From NCBI GenBank assembly GCA_044376115.1, contig JBILLK010000005.1, positions 192,001 through 256,000 on the forward strand: a stretch of DNA of 64,000 bases. The letters are read 5' to 3'. Shown here piece after piece: positions 28,164-38,372 of the stretch. Made by a program: the position numbers and the translations under genes. This stretch comes from Polyangiaceae bacterium (lineage in GTDB: Bacteria; Myxococcota_A; Polyangia; Polyangiales; Polyangiaceae). The notes beneath the pieces were generated by a model. That model saw nothing but the letters and a program-made list of their open reading frames with translations, had not been told where the DNA came from and ran no database searches. Each line of letters starts with the position of its first letter. The stretch's first letter is position 1.

Positions 28164-29633
28164 CTACTTGCGCGGAGCCGCGGTTGCCGATGGGTTGGAC
28201 TTCAACTCCGCCAGGCGGCGAGATGCATCTTGGGCGCACTTGAGATTGCTCTCTTGCTGACAGAGCCCCATCAGCATCCGCAGCTCAGCTGGGGAAAGCG
28301 TATTGAAGCGGCCCATCAACTCCCCCATCTTATCTCGGGGCTTCTCGAGTGCCTGCCGATCGATCGTGCCCGACGGGCGGCTCGTCGCACTGGCCGTTGG
28401 CCTTGGGAGAAGGTTGGGGCGGAAGGTCGTCGGCAAAGGAGAGTTGGGTTTCAGCTCCTTCGGATCCTCCGGTACCTCAACGCCAACGTCTCTTAGCTTG
28501 TTTGAGGCCTTTCGGCGTCGGCCCTCATCAACCGTGGGGGTGGTCGCAATCTTCCACAGAAGTTCGGCTTGGCGCGTCGGATCATCGGAACTCTCAGCCC
28601 GCTTGAACAGCGCATCCGCCCAAGCTCCCTCAATCTCTGAAACGGCAGTCTCTTTCAGCGTTGGTGAGTCTGGAGAGATCTTTGCGATCTGTTCATGTGC
28701 CGCGTCGAGGTCTCCTTTATCCCTAAGAGATTTTGCTTCCTCAAGCAGCTGAAGATCTGGCGAGAGTTCAGTTGAGTTTTGTGCGGAAGGCGCACCAGTG
28801 TCGGAGTCGTCTTTCGTCGCGACGTAGGCAGCCGCTGCTCCCACGCCAACGATACCAAGCAGAGCTCCGACTCCCACCAGGGTCAGAATGCTCGACGAGC
28901 CGGTTGGCTTCTTGTTGTTAGGGTCGAAGCCGGTGACGGCTGGCAGCGCCTGGCTGCGGTCAAACCCGGCGCGAAAGATTTTGCCTGCCCCAACGAACCG
29001 CAAGCGTACATCCCCAAGCTCAAGCGCGTCTCCGGCCTCGATAAAGCCGCGCCGCACCTCTTGCCCGTTGATTCGAATGCCGTTGGCAGAACCCTTATCG
29101 ATGATCTCGAAACGTCCATTGCCAACCGAGAAGAGTTCCGCGTGAAAACGGCTAACCGAACTGTGGTTGACCGAGACATTGGCGTCCTCTGACCGCCCCA
29201 TCGTGAAGTGCTCTCGGTCGAGAAAGAATTCTTGCCCAGGTTGCGGGCCAACCACGACTACCAGGCGGTCGGGGCGCTGGTGTTGAGCCAGCGCTGGTGT
29301 CGACGCCGCCGTGGCCGCCGCGGGTTGTGGGGGAGCGACCCGCCCTTCATCAATAAACTCGAGCCGATAATCTCCAAGCTGGAGGATGTCGCCGTGGCCG
29401 ACGTGTTGTTCACCAGCGACTCGGAGCCCATTGATAAAGGTCCCGTTGTAGCTATCGAGATCTTGAACAACCCAGCCATCGCCGCTTTGCTTCAAAGAAG
29501 CATGACGACGCGAGATGTTGCGTTCTGTTAGTCGGATCTCGTTCGCCTCTTCACGTCCGATTCCGTAAAGCGCTTGGACGAGTGGCAGATTGATCTGCTT
29601 TTGCTCGTCGTCCTCGATCGTAAGCTTCCACAT
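28164..29633 (-). CDS. double-FHA domain membrane protein
   Basis: IGREEANEI...ISRRHA...DSYNGTFING and MGRSED...VSRFHA...GSANGIRING; TM segment, then periplasmic helical region. Confidence 0.9.
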   Translation of the reverse strand: MWKLTIEDDEQKQINLPLVQALYGIGREEANEIRLTERNISRRHASLKQSGDGWVVQDLDSYNGTFINGLRVAGEQHVGHGDILQLGDYRLEFIDEGRVAPPQPAAATAASTPALAQHQRPDRLVVVVGPQPGQEFFLDREHFTMGRSEDANVSVNHSSVSRFHAELFSVGNGRFEIIDKGSANGIRINGQEVRRGFIEAGDALELGDVRLRFVGAGKIFRAGFDRSQALPAVTGFDPNNKKPTGSSSILTLVGVGALLGIVGVGAAAAYVATKDDSDTGAPSAQNSTELSPDLQLLEEAKSLRDKGDLDAAHEQIAKISPDSPTLKETAVSEIEGAWADALFKRAESSDDPTRQAELLWKIATTPTVDEGRRRKASNKLRDVGVEVPEDPKELKPNSPLPTTFRPNLLPRPTASATSRPSGTIDRQALEKPRDKMGELMGRFNTLSPAELRMLMGLCQQESNLKCAQDASRRLAELKSNPSATAAPRK

Positions 29634-29722
29634 GGAACCGGCAGCCGTGGCGGTGAACGCCGAATACTAGCGGCGCCTGTTTGGAGTTTCAACGAGACAA
29701 CGGTGTGCGCGAGCGTGGACCC

Positions 29723-30409
29723 TCAGTTCCCGCTGGATACTGGACGGAAGGGATGAAGAAATGACGCGAGGGCAGCGGGATTCCGGGTCTGCATCCACAA
29801 TCGACCTTGCCCTGAAAATTCACAGACTAGCCCTTCGCCCGAAAAGAAAAGGCTCTTGAGTCCACCAAGTTTTCGTACTTGGTAAGCGAGCCCCGAGGTG
29901 AAGGCCACCATGTGCGAGTTGTCGCAAATGTAGCCAGGATATTGACTACCGATATCAATGGCATGCAGGCCGCCGTAAGTGGAAAACCAAAGCTGGCCTT
30001 GTCCATAGGCTCTGAGCAGAAACAACCCACCAGAAAAGAACCCCTTCGCTCCTTGCCACTTCGTGTCGAGCACGACACCTGGAGTCGACGCAAGGTAGGC
30101 GCCTGATTGCACGAAGAGTTCGACTCCTGGCTGCAGCGTGACCGATTCGACGGTCCCCTCTGCCGCGGGGGCGATCCAAACGGATTGGCCGGGCATGGTG
30201 CCGGTGAACGTGTTCTGGAACAGGCTTTCACCGCCCAGCAGTTTGCGCTTCAACGCACCGCCAAATCCTCCTTGGAGGTTCGTTCGCATTTGCACGGCGG
30301 TGTCTCGCGCAACCATCGCGCCGGCCTCGCTCGAGATCTCCTCGCCAGGTTGCTCGAAGCGAACCCGCAGAACGCCGAAGTCAGGGTTATGCAGAATTTC
30401 GGTGTGCAC
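29723..30409 (-). CDS. TIGR00266/AIM24 family protein (copy 3)
   Basis: EAGAMV, KRKLLGGESLFQN, SGEGLVCEFSGQG..WMQTRN. Confidence 0.92.
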   Translation of the reverse strand: MHTEILHNPDFGVLRVRFEQPGEEISSEAGAMVARDTAVQMRTNLQGGFGGALKRKLLGGESLFQNTFTGTMPGQSVWIAPAAEGTVESVTLQPGVELFVQSGAYLASTPGVVLDTKWQGAKGFFSGGLFLLRAYGQGQLWFSTYGGLHAIDIGSQYPGYICDNSHMVAFTSGLAYQVRKLGGLKSLFFSGEGLVCEFSGQGRLWMQTRNPAALASFLHPFRPVSSGN

Positions 30410-30414
30410 GATGT

Positions 30415-31080
30415 CTATCCTCGCGGCGGGAGCATTGCGCCCATCGCTTGTCCGTATTCGCCAGCGTTGCGGGATTGGATGTAAACCACGCCCTGCCCTT
30501 GGAAGGTGCAGACCAGCCCCTCACCGGACAGCAGCGATGCGATCCATCCCGCGCCGCTCTTGCCAACCTCATACGTCAGGGTCGATTCCCAAGCCACGAT
30601 GTGGCCAGTGTCGATCACCATACTCCCATCCACGTGAATGGCTTCGATCGCTCCAAATCCCCCGAGCACGAGTTGCCCGTGCCCCGAGGACTCAAGCACG
30701 AAGAAACCTGCGCCGCCGAAGAAGCCTTTGAAACCGCCAGAGCGGGTCGCAACGTTTACCGAGGGAGCGCAGGCAACGTAGGCGCTGTTTTGGATGCACC
30801 AGTTCTTTGCACCACACTCAACGACCGCCATGTCGCCACACAATGGCGTCGCAAACAGCACTTCCGCTTGTCCGCCCTGCGCAACGAAGGTGTTCCGGAA
30901 GAACGATTCCCCGCCAAACATTCGTTTGAGCCCACTTACGATTCCTCCCGCTTGGGTCTGCATCACCACGTTGGGCGTCATCCCAACCATCGCTCCGCTC
31001 TCTGCCGTAATGGCTTCCCCAGGGGCGAGCCAGACCTGCGCGATGGCCTGAGATGGTCGGTGAAGGAGGTTGATCTGCAT
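30415..31080 (-). CDS. TIGR00266/AIM24 family protein (copy 2)
   Basis: AESGAMV, KRMFGGESFFRN, IDTGHIVAW, SGEGLVCTFQGQG..YIQSRN. Confidence 0.92.
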   Translation of the reverse strand: MQINLLHRPSQAIAQVWLAPGEAITAESGAMVGMTPNVVMQTQAGGIVSGLKRMFGGESFFRNTFVAQGGQAEVLFATPLCGDMAVVECGAKNWCIQNSAYVACAPSVNVATRSGGFKGFFGGAGFFVLESSGHGQLVLGGFGAIEAIHVDGSMVIDTGHIVAWESTLTYEVGKSGAGWIASLLSGEGLVCTFQGQGVVYIQSRNAGEYGQAMGAMLPPRG

Positions 31081-31089
31081 GATCCGCTG

Positions 31090-31785
31090 TTAGGGAAGGA
31101 GTCTGGAAACCCAGTCGACGAGCGAATTGGTGTTGCGTGATTGAATGAACACTCGGCCTTGGCCGGTAAACTCGCACACGAGGCCTTCGCCCGAAGCGAT
31201 GAACCCCATCAAACCACCACCGGGAGTCTTGATAGAAAAATCGAGGGACGTGTCGAACGCGACGAGGTGTCCGTTGTCGACCACATACGAGCCGTTCACC
31301 CAGATCTCATCAACGGCGCCGTAGCTTGAGACCCACACTTCTCCTGGTCCCGAGGCCTCAACAAAGAACAGCCCCTCTTTGGAGAAGATGGCGCGCAGTC
31401 CACCCCAGCGCATCTTGAGATCAATCTCACCAGTGCAGGCAATGAAGGCTCCTGCCGTAAGGGTGACCCTCTGGCCCGCAGCGAGCGGAAGATGAACGAT
31501 CGAACCAGAGAGTGCAGGCGCGAGCCAAACCCACCCTCCCCCTGGCGAAGAGAAGTGGTTGACGAAGAAGGTGTCTCCGCCGACGAGCTTGCGCACAAGC
31601 GCAATCATTATGGCCTTTAGCTTGCCGAAAAAGCCGGCTCGCGCTCCAGCGTTCAACCGAACGTCCATCGCCAAGGTCGTCGAGCGCGCGACCATGGTTC
31701 CCGCTTCCGCAATGACTACCTCGTTGGGCGCCAGATTCACCTGCAAGAGCGGAAACGAGGGTTGGTGCTTGATCAGGTGCTGCAT
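31090..31785 (-). CDS. TIGR00266/AIM24 family protein (copy 1)
   Basis: AEAGTMV, GGDTFFVN, VDNGHLVAF, SGEGLVCEFTGQG..FIQSRN. Confidence 0.92.
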   Translation of the reverse strand: MQHLIKHQPSFPLLQVNLAPNEVVIAEAGTMVARSTTLAMDVRLNAGARAGFFGKLKAIMIALVRKLVGGDTFFVNHFSSPGGGWVWLAPALSGSIVHLPLAAGQRVTLTAGAFIACTGEIDLKMRWGGLRAIFSKEGLFFVEASGPGEVWVSSYGAVDEIWVNGSYVVDNGHLVAFDTSLDFSIKTPGGGLMGFIASGEGLVCEFTGQGRVFIQSRNTNSLVDWVSRLLP

Positions 31786-31861
31786 GGGGCAGGTCGCGTT
31801 GGTCTAGTAAACTTCGATGCTCGTGAGAACGTGAAAGTGACTCGTGCAAGCGGCCTAGGGC

Positions 31862-33607
31862 TCAGCGCCGACGGAACAGCATCATCAGGAGCGAAAGTAG
31901 GGCCGTGCCCCCACCAGCGAACATCAGCTGTCGCGCGAGTTCTACATGCCCTGCGATGAACAGTTGAACCGAGAATGCGCCGAGAGCGATCGCAAAGAGA
32001 GCCAAAATTAGGCGATGTACGCTCGACCCGACGACATGCGCGGCCTTCGATAGGTCCTTGACCTGGATCTCCGCTTCGCCGCGGTTCGCTCGCAGAAGGT
32101 ACTTGCGGAGATCCTCAGGTATCGTGATTGCCTTGAGGGCCATGTCCTTGGCAGCCTCCAAAGCAATTTGAGCCCAGTCTCTATTGCCGAGGACGAAGTT
32201 CTCGACGTAAGGGCGAATAATCCCGACAGGATTCATCTCGGGATCGAGCTCGGTGCAGACGCCGGTCAGCAACAGCAGTGTGCGCTCCAGATAGACCCAA
32301 TCGCGCGGCACGTGGAACGCTTGGCTGAGCTCGCGAAGGCCAATGTTCATGCGCCGTAAGCTCAGCAGGTTTTCTAGCCCCCGCTGTGGGTCGAGCTTGA
32401 TGTCTTTTAGGTTGAAGCTCTCCAGTTTTACGTCTTCCTGAAAGCGTTCGTGGAAGAACTCAACGACTCTCTCGCTTACGTCTTGTGACTCTCCACGAGC
32501 GATGAACCCCATTTTCTTGAGGCTCTTGATCAGGCGGTCGGTGTCCCTCCGAATGACGCCTTCGACGAACTCGGGAATGCCTTCGCGCATCTCGTTTGAG
32601 AGCTCTGCGACCGCACCGAAGTCGAGCAGGATCAGCTCCCCGCGTTTGCCGACCAGGACGTTCCCAGGGTGCGGGTCAGCGTGATAAACGCCGTCGACGA
32701 ACACCATCTGACAGAAGGCCTCAACGATCTTTTGCGCCAGCGCTTTGCGGTCGATGCCCTCGTCGTCCAAGCGCCTCGTATCTCCAACGCGGAAGCCGTG
32801 AACGAAGCTGGTCGTCATCACCGTCCGCGTCGACAGGTCTTTGAACGGCTTGGGGAAGAGCACCGTCGGGTCTTCGCGGAAGTTGTGGGAGATTCGTTCG
32901 ATGTTGGCCGCCTCGCGCTCAAAGTCGAGTTCCTCCTCGATCATCGCTTTGATCTGGCGGTAGTAGACATCCAAGTTCTTCGCCGGGACGAAGTACGACA
33001 CCAACCACATGATCCGCTTGATGGTCACGAGGTCCAGCTTGACGATCTCGTCGATGTCAGCGTGTTGCACCTTTACCGCCACTCGCTGACCGTCAAACAA
33101 GGTTGCCGAGTGCACCTGACCGAGTGAGGCGCTCGCTAAGGGCTCGTCGTCGAAGGTGGCGAACAGGCTGCTGATTGGGCGCTTAAGGTCGCGTTCAATT
33201 CGCTCCCGAATCTCCGCGGTTGGCCTTGGCGGAACCCGGTCTTGGAGGGCCGAAAGCCCATCCCGAAAAGGGCCTGGGAGAAAGTTGGCCAGCACGCTCA
33301 ACAGCTGGCCAACCTTAATGAAGAGCCCCTGCAGTTCTACGATCGTGTGCATCACACGACCCGCGTTGCGTGCGTGAATCGTCTCGAGTCGGACGCTCAG
33401 CCACTGGCCGCCAAACATTCGACCTAGAAAGAACGTCGAGAGGTAGCTCACCAGCACTGTGAAAGTGGTGCGGTAAGCGCGTAAGAATCGGTAGTTGTTG
33501 CGAGCTCGACGACGCGGGGCTTGTGGTGGCAACGAGGCCAGGGCCAACGGCGATACGACGGGTCGGTTTTCCGGCTCAGTCGAAAGCGCAGCCTCGCGTG
33601 CAGTCAC
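31862..33607 (-). CDS. ABC1/AarF/UbiB family atypical kinase
   Basis: FIKVGQ, ASASLGQVH, VAVKVQ, EELDF, HADPHPGN, LDFG; C-terminal TM helices. Confidence 0.93.
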   Translation of the reverse strand: MTAREAALSTEPENRPVVSPLALASLPPQAPRRRARNNYRFLRAYRTTFTVLVSYLSTFFLGRMFGGQWLSVRLETIHARNAGRVMHTIVELQGLFIKVGQLLSVLANFLPGPFRDGLSALQDRVPPRPTAEIRERIERDLKRPISSLFATFDDEPLASASLGQVHSATLFDGQRVAVKVQHADIDEIVKLDLVTIKRIMWLVSYFVPAKNLDVYYRQIKAMIEEELDFEREAANIERISHNFREDPTVLFPKPFKDLSTRTVMTTSFVHGFRVGDTRRLDDEGIDRKALAQKIVEAFCQMVFVDGVYHADPHPGNVLVGKRGELILLDFGAVAELSNEMREGIPEFVEGVIRRDTDRLIKSLKKMGFIARGESQDVSERVVEFFHERFQEDVKLESFNLKDIKLDPQRGLENLLSLRRMNIGLRELSQAFHVPRDWVYLERTLLLLTGVCTELDPEMNPVGIIRPYVENFVLGNRDWAQIALEAAKDMALKAITIPEDLRKYLLRANRGEAEIQVKDLSKAAHVVGSSVHRLILALFAIALGAFSVQLFIAGHVELARQLMFAGGGTALLSLLMMLFRRR

Positions 33608-33616
33608 TTCGCGACT

Positions 33617-34726
33617 CTAGCTGGTCGGCGCAAGCGCGTCGAACATCGCATCGTAAGCAGCTGGCCTCGCTTCGCGGATAGCAACGTGTTCACGCGTTGG
33701 ATGAACGCGGTTGGTCAACAGAACACCGACGAAAGCTTGCTTAGGGTCTATCCAGAGGCTTGTGCCAGTGAAGCCAAGATGGCCAAACGTCGCACGGCTC
33801 ACACGCGAGCCGCTGCTTGGCTTCTCTTCGCTCCGGCTGTCGAAGCCTGCCAACAAGGACCCGCCCGGTCTCGGGCGCAAGAGTGGCTTAAGGTCGTTGG
33901 GACCGAGCCATCCGTCGTCCGCGCTGATGGCATTGAGGAGAGCCTCGCCGAAACGCATGACCGATAGCGCGTCCCCGAAAAGGCCAGCATGACCGGAAAG
34001 TCCCAGCCCGGAGAGCACCATCGCATTTTCGTCATGCACGATGCCGCGAACGACCCCGCCTCGCCAGGGCACAACCTCTGTCGGTGCCACAACGTCTGCA
34101 AAGTGAGGCATACGCGACGAAAGCTCTGCTGCGGAGCCAACCGTATCTTCGATGCCGAGCGGAGTGAGGACCTCTCGGCGAACTAGAGTCGCCAGTTCTA
34201 TGCCCGCGCGGCGCGCGAGCGCTTGCCCAACCAGCAGGAAGCCCATGTCGCTGTAGACCGGCGGGAAACCATCCGGTGGGCAGGTTGAATCGAGGCACTC
34301 CTTGCGCCTTCCTTCTGCTGCTTGCACCAGGCCCTGAGCGAGTGAAATCGGGCGACCTTCAACGGCCGATTCGAACAACCGCTGGTGCGCCTCAAGCCCG
34401 GCTCGATGTGCAAGAAACAGGTCCAGCGGGACGCGAGCCGACGGCGTATGGGCGAGCTCCGGAAGAAACTCAACCAATGGTTCAGCCAGCGTCAGCGCCT
34501 TCTGTCTCGCCAACCGCGCTGCCGTAACTGCAACGAACGACTTGGTGATGCTTGCGAGGTCGAACGGGGTCTCTGCCATCGCGGGATGTTGCCCAACGGT
34601 CCCACTCACCCCAACTCCCCAGCGCTCGCCGCGCACTGCAGCGCACACGGCGGCTGGTGCAGCTCCGAGCTTACGGACTACCAATTCTGCAACGCTGTCC
34701 AACTCGAACGACCTTGTAGCAGTCAT
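33617..34726 (-). CDS. beta-lactamase-related serine hydrolase
   Basis: FDLASITK (SxxK), YSDMG, VHDENA, GHAGLF, GHLGFTGTSLWIDP, LTNRVHP. Confidence 0.9.
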   Translation of the reverse strand: MTATRSFELDSVAELVVRKLGAAPAAVCAAVRGERWGVGVSGTVGQHPAMAETPFDLASITKSFVAVTAARLARQKALTLAEPLVEFLPELAHTPSARVPLDLFLAHRAGLEAHQRLFESAVEGRPISLAQGLVQAAEGRRKECLDSTCPPDGFPPVYSDMGFLLVGQALARRAGIELATLVRREVLTPLGIEDTVGSAAELSSRMPHFADVVAPTEVVPWRGGVVRGIVHDENAMVLSGLGLSGHAGLFGDALSVMRFGEALLNAISADDGWLGPNDLKPLLRPRPGGSLLAGFDSRSEEKPSSGSRVSRATFGHLGFTGTSLWIDPKQAFVGVLLTNRVHPTREHVAIREARPAAYDAMFDALAPTS

Positions 34727-34820
34727 TTTTGACCGGTGCCGAAAACCCCGCGTATGCTTACTCTAGTTGTCCCGATCCTCGGGTCGGCTGAGCTTTGGCA
34801 GCGGAGACTGGACCAGAAAA

Positions 34821-36023
34821 ATGGCTGAGTTCGTCTGGGAAGCGCGCGGTCGCATGGGCGAAACGCGCAAGGGTACGATGGAGGCCGAAAATGAGGCCGC
34901 CGTCCTCTCGAAGTTGCGAGCGCAGCAGCTCAATCCCACCAAAGTCTCCAAGAAGTTCAGCTTCAAGATTGGTACCGGCGTTACTTCCCAGGATTTGGTG
35001 AAGTTCATACGCCAGTTCGCCACGATGATCGACGCGGGATTACCGCTCGTTCAGTGCCTCGAGATTTTGGGCAACCAAGAGTCGAACAAGTCGTTCCAGC
35101 AGGTCATCCGCGAGATCAAAGCAACGGTGGAGCAAGGTGCCACCTTCAGTGATGCGCTAAAGCGGCATCCCAAGATCTTCAACGACCTGTTTGTGAACTT
35201 GGTGCACGCCGGTGAACTGGGCGGCATCCTGGATACGATCCTCAATCGTTTGGCGGTCTACATCGAGAAGAACGTCAAGCTTGCTCGTCAGGTTCGAGGT
35301 GCGCTCACCTACCCCACCGCGGTTATGATCATCATGGCGGTTGTCATGGTGGTGCTCTTGGGCTGGGTAATTCCTGCCTTCGAGAATATGTTCAAGGAGT
35401 TCGGCGCGGCAGATGGCCTGCCTTGGCTCACCAAAACGGTCATCTCCGTTTCCCGAGGTTTCTTTAACTACCTCTGGTTGATCATTTTGGTGGGGATCGC
35501 GTTGGTGGTCGGGGTTATCTCTGTAGTCCGAACCCGCGCTGGAAAACGTTTTCTTCATCGCATGATCCTTTGGCTCCCGATCATGGGCCCTGTCATGCAA
35601 AAGATCGCTGTTGCTCGCTTTACGCGGACGCTAGGCACCCTGCTTTCTTCTGGCGTACCCATCCTCGATGCCCTGGATATCGTGGCTAAGACAGCCGGAA
35701 ACATCGTGATTGAGGAATCGCTCATCTACTGCCGGAGCAAAATCTCAGAGGGAAAAAACCTTGCTGACCCGCTGCGGGAGGCGAACGTCTTTCCGGGCAT
35801 GGTTGTGCAGATGGTCGCAGTCGGTGAGCAGACAGGTGCTCTGGACACGATGCTCAACAAGGTTGCCGACTTCTACGAGGACGAAGTGGACGTCGCTGTG
35901 GCGGCGCTAACCTCCCTTCTGGAGCCGATTCTCATGGTCATCGTGGGCGGCATGGTTGGAACGGTTCTCATCGCCATGTACCTGCCCATTTTCGATCTTG
36001 CCGGCAAGATCAAGACGGAGTGA
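34821..36023 (+). CDS. pilC: type IV pilus inner-membrane platform protein
   Basis: RQFATMIDAGLPLVQCL, GELGGILDTILNRLA, VGEQTGALDTMLNKVADFYE, AMYLPIF. Confidence 0.95.
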   Translation: MAEFVWEARGRMGETRKGTMEAENEAAVLSKLRAQQLNPTKVSKKFSFKIGTGVTSQDLVKFIRQFATMIDAGLPLVQCLEILGNQESNKSFQQVIREIKATVEQGATFSDALKRHPKIFNDLFVNLVHAGELGGILDTILNRLAVYIEKNVKLARQVRGALTYPTAVMIIMAVVMVVLLGWVIPAFENMFKEFGAADGLPWLTKTVISVSRGFFNYLWLIILVGIALVVGVISVVRTRAGKRFLHRMILWLPIMGPVMQKIAVARFTRTLGTLLSSGVPILDALDIVAKTAGNIVIEESLIYCRSKISEGKNLADPLREANVFPGMVVQMVAVGEQTGALDTMLNKVADFYEDEVDVAVAALTSLLEPILMVIVGGMVGTVLIAMYLPIFDLAGKIKTE

Positions 36024-37390
36024 GCCTGGACCAATCGCGACCTTTGTCGCCGGCCTCGGTGCGGCGGGATGCGTCGGTGACCCTTGAACGCCGGCTTATT
36101 GGACTCTCGGCAGTTCGGCTTTCTGTTCTCACGTTGTTCTTGGCCCTGATTGCGCTGGTTTATCTTCGCGGAGTCACAGGCGGCGTTTCCTCCACCGTTG
36201 CGTTCAGCACCGTCGTAGCGGGCTACGCCTTTGCGGCGGTCTACGCCGCTCTGTTGCGACGTCCCCGCCTGCACACGGCGATTGCCTTCACGCAGGTCGT
36301 CACGGACCAGCTGCTGTGGAGTTCGATTGTCTATCTGACCGGCGGCGCCGCGAGCGGCGCCGTCTCGCTTTATGGCTTGACGAGCGTAGCCGCAGCGATC
36401 GCGCTCGGTGCCCGCGGAGCCGTGGTTGGGTTCTGTTCCGGGGCGGCAACCTACGTCGCAGTTACGGCACTGCTCGTAAGCGGTCTCCTTCCGCCTCCAC
36501 CGGACCAAGACGTAGGTGCATTTTCGCTAACCTGGGCAACCGCAGCCTATCCGCTGGTGGCGAATCTATCGGCGCTTCTGGTGGTGGCTGCAATGTGCGG
36601 CTACCTCGCGGAGCGGCTCTCCACCGCAGGTGGCGATCTTGCGCGGGCCGAAGAGCGAGCTGTCAACGCCGAGCGCCTTGCTGGACTTGGTCGCTTGGCA
36701 GCCGGGTTGGCGCATGAGATCCGCAATCCGCTAGGAGGGATCTCAGGCTCGATCGAGTTGTTGCGGTCGAGCCCGCAGCTTACCGAAGAGGATCGCGCGC
36801 TTTGCGACATCGTCTTCCGCGAAGCGAGCCGTCTCAACGATCTGGTAGAAGACATGTTGGACCTGGCGCGCCCGCAACCGCCTAACTTGGCGTGGGTCGA
36901 CTTGGCAGAGACGTCGAAGGACGTTGTCGCTCTTGCGGCCAAGTCGGGACGTGGGGAGGACGTCAAGGTTGAGTTCCGAGGTCCTTCATCGCTTCGCGTG
37001 CAAGCAGACGCAGCCAAGCTACGTCAGCTGCTCTGGAACCTGATCCGAAATGCTGTGCAAGCAAGCGGTGCTGGCACTCTGGTTCTGGTTGAAATCGAAC
37101 GGGCCAAGAGCCAGGACGCCATCATCCGCGTGATCGACCAAGGGCCTGGCATCCCTCCGGAGGCCGCGGACAAGATATTTGATGCCTTCTACACGACTCG
37201 CTCACACGGCACGGGTGTCGGTTTGGCCGTCGTCAAAGGAATCGTCGACGCTCATGGCTGGCGGGTTTCCGTTGAAAGCGGGGCTCTTGGTGGCACGGTT
37301 TTCTCCGTTTGTCTTCCGCCCGGCACCGAGCATGAAGTGGCAGCCCCTGGTGAAGAGGAGGGACCCATCGCGGTGAGCGAACACGTCTGA
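36020..37390 (+). CDS. pilS: PilS-like membrane sensor histidine kinase
   Basis: GTGA overlap with pilC; multiple TM helices; AHEIRNPL, NLIRNA, DQGPGI, FYTT, GTGVGL. Confidence 0.8.
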   Translation: MSLDQSRPLSPASVRRDASVTLERRLIGLSAVRLSVLTLFLALIALVYLRGVTGGVSSTVAFSTVVAGYAFAAVYAALLRRPRLHTAIAFTQVVTDQLLWSSIVYLTGGAASGAVSLYGLTSVAAAIALGARGAVVGFCSGAATYVAVTALLVSGLLPPPPDQDVGAFSLTWATAAYPLVANLSALLVVAAMCGYLAERLSTAGGDLARAEERAVNAERLAGLGRLAAGLAHEIRNPLGGISGSIELLRSSPQLTEEDRALCDIVFREASRLNDLVEDMLDLARPQPPNLAWVDLAETSKDVVALAAKSGRGEDVKVEFRGPSSLRVQADAAKLRQLLWNLIRNAVQASGAGTLVLVEIERAKSQDAIIRVIDQGPGIPPEAADKIFDAFYTTRSHGTGVGLAVVKGIVDAHGWRVSVESGALGGTVFSVCLPPGTEHEVAAPGEEEGPIAVSEHV

Positions 37391-37526
37391 TGAATACATG
37401 CTCGGCGTGCTTCGTCAGTGGGGCAGTCGACAGTTGCTTTTGGGCAGCAGTTTTGCGACGGGCATAGTTGCAATCGCACGCCGTACGATTCAAGAAACCT
37501 GACGATACTTCTTCGAGGAGCCACGA

Positions 37527-38132
37527 GTGAAACTCAAGCCTTTGTTCTCCCTAGCCCTTGCTGTCCTACTTTCGGCTGCTGCTGTGCCTGGAGAGGCTTG
37601 GGCAGGACCGCCAACGGACATCGTGAAGAGCAAACAGACTGAGCTCTTCCGCCTGATTGAGGCGAACAAGGACGGCTCCTCAACCAAGAAGATTGCCGCC
37701 GTTTTCGATGAACTCCTCGACTATGACTGGCTTGCCAAGGCTTCGCTCGGGGATGAGTGGCAGAAGCTTGGAGAGAAGGAGCAGAAGGAGTTCTCCGGCC
37801 TTTTGAAGCAGCTGGTGCAAAAGGCCTACGAGCGGAACCTCAAGAAGACGCTGGCCTACGACATTGAATACGTCGCAGAGGAGAAGGTCTCGGACAACGT
37901 CTTCGTGGTCAAAACCAAGGCCAAAAGCAAGACGGACTCACGCGAGGAGCCGATCGAGATCGCTTTCCGCATGGGCAGCAAGGGCGGCGGGAAGTGGCAG
38001 ATCGAGGACATCAACACCGAGGGCGTGAGCCTGGTTGACAGCTACCGGTCCCAGTTTGTCAAGATCCTCAAGAAAGACGGCTACGCCTCCCTTGTAGCAA
38101 AGATGAAGGAGAAGATTGCGAAGGGGGCATGA
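37527..38132 (+). CDS. MlaC/Ttg2D family periplasmic binding protein
   Basis: GAGGAG RBS; signal peptide; LDYDWLAKASLG..W...WQIEDINTEGVSLVDSYRSQF. Confidence 0.88.
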   Translation: MKLKPLFSLALAVLLSAAAVPGEAWAGPPTDIVKSKQTELFRLIEANKDGSSTKKIAAVFDELLDYDWLAKASLGDEWQKLGEKEQKEFSGLLKQLVQKAYERNLKKTLAYDIEYVAEEKVSDNVFVVKTKAKSKTDSREEPIEIAFRMGSKGGGKWQIEDINTEGVSLVDSYRSQFVKILKKDGYASLVAKMKEKIAKGA

Positions 38133-38372
38133 GCATGGAATGAGGGGCACCCTCTGCGTTGAGCGCACATCAGGCGTTGATCTTCCGGGACATCTCGACA
38201 ACGCCAGACGGGGACAAGCCAAAACTTGGTGATGCTCCGTCACGATTGAAAGTGTTGTGCGAGGAAGAGGACGCAGTGCTGTCTGAGCTCAACCTACTGC
38301 GCCGAGGAGACGCGAGGCTACCGCCCCCGTAATCCGCGTTTCGCGGCGCCGGAGGCGTGTTAAGGCGCGCCG

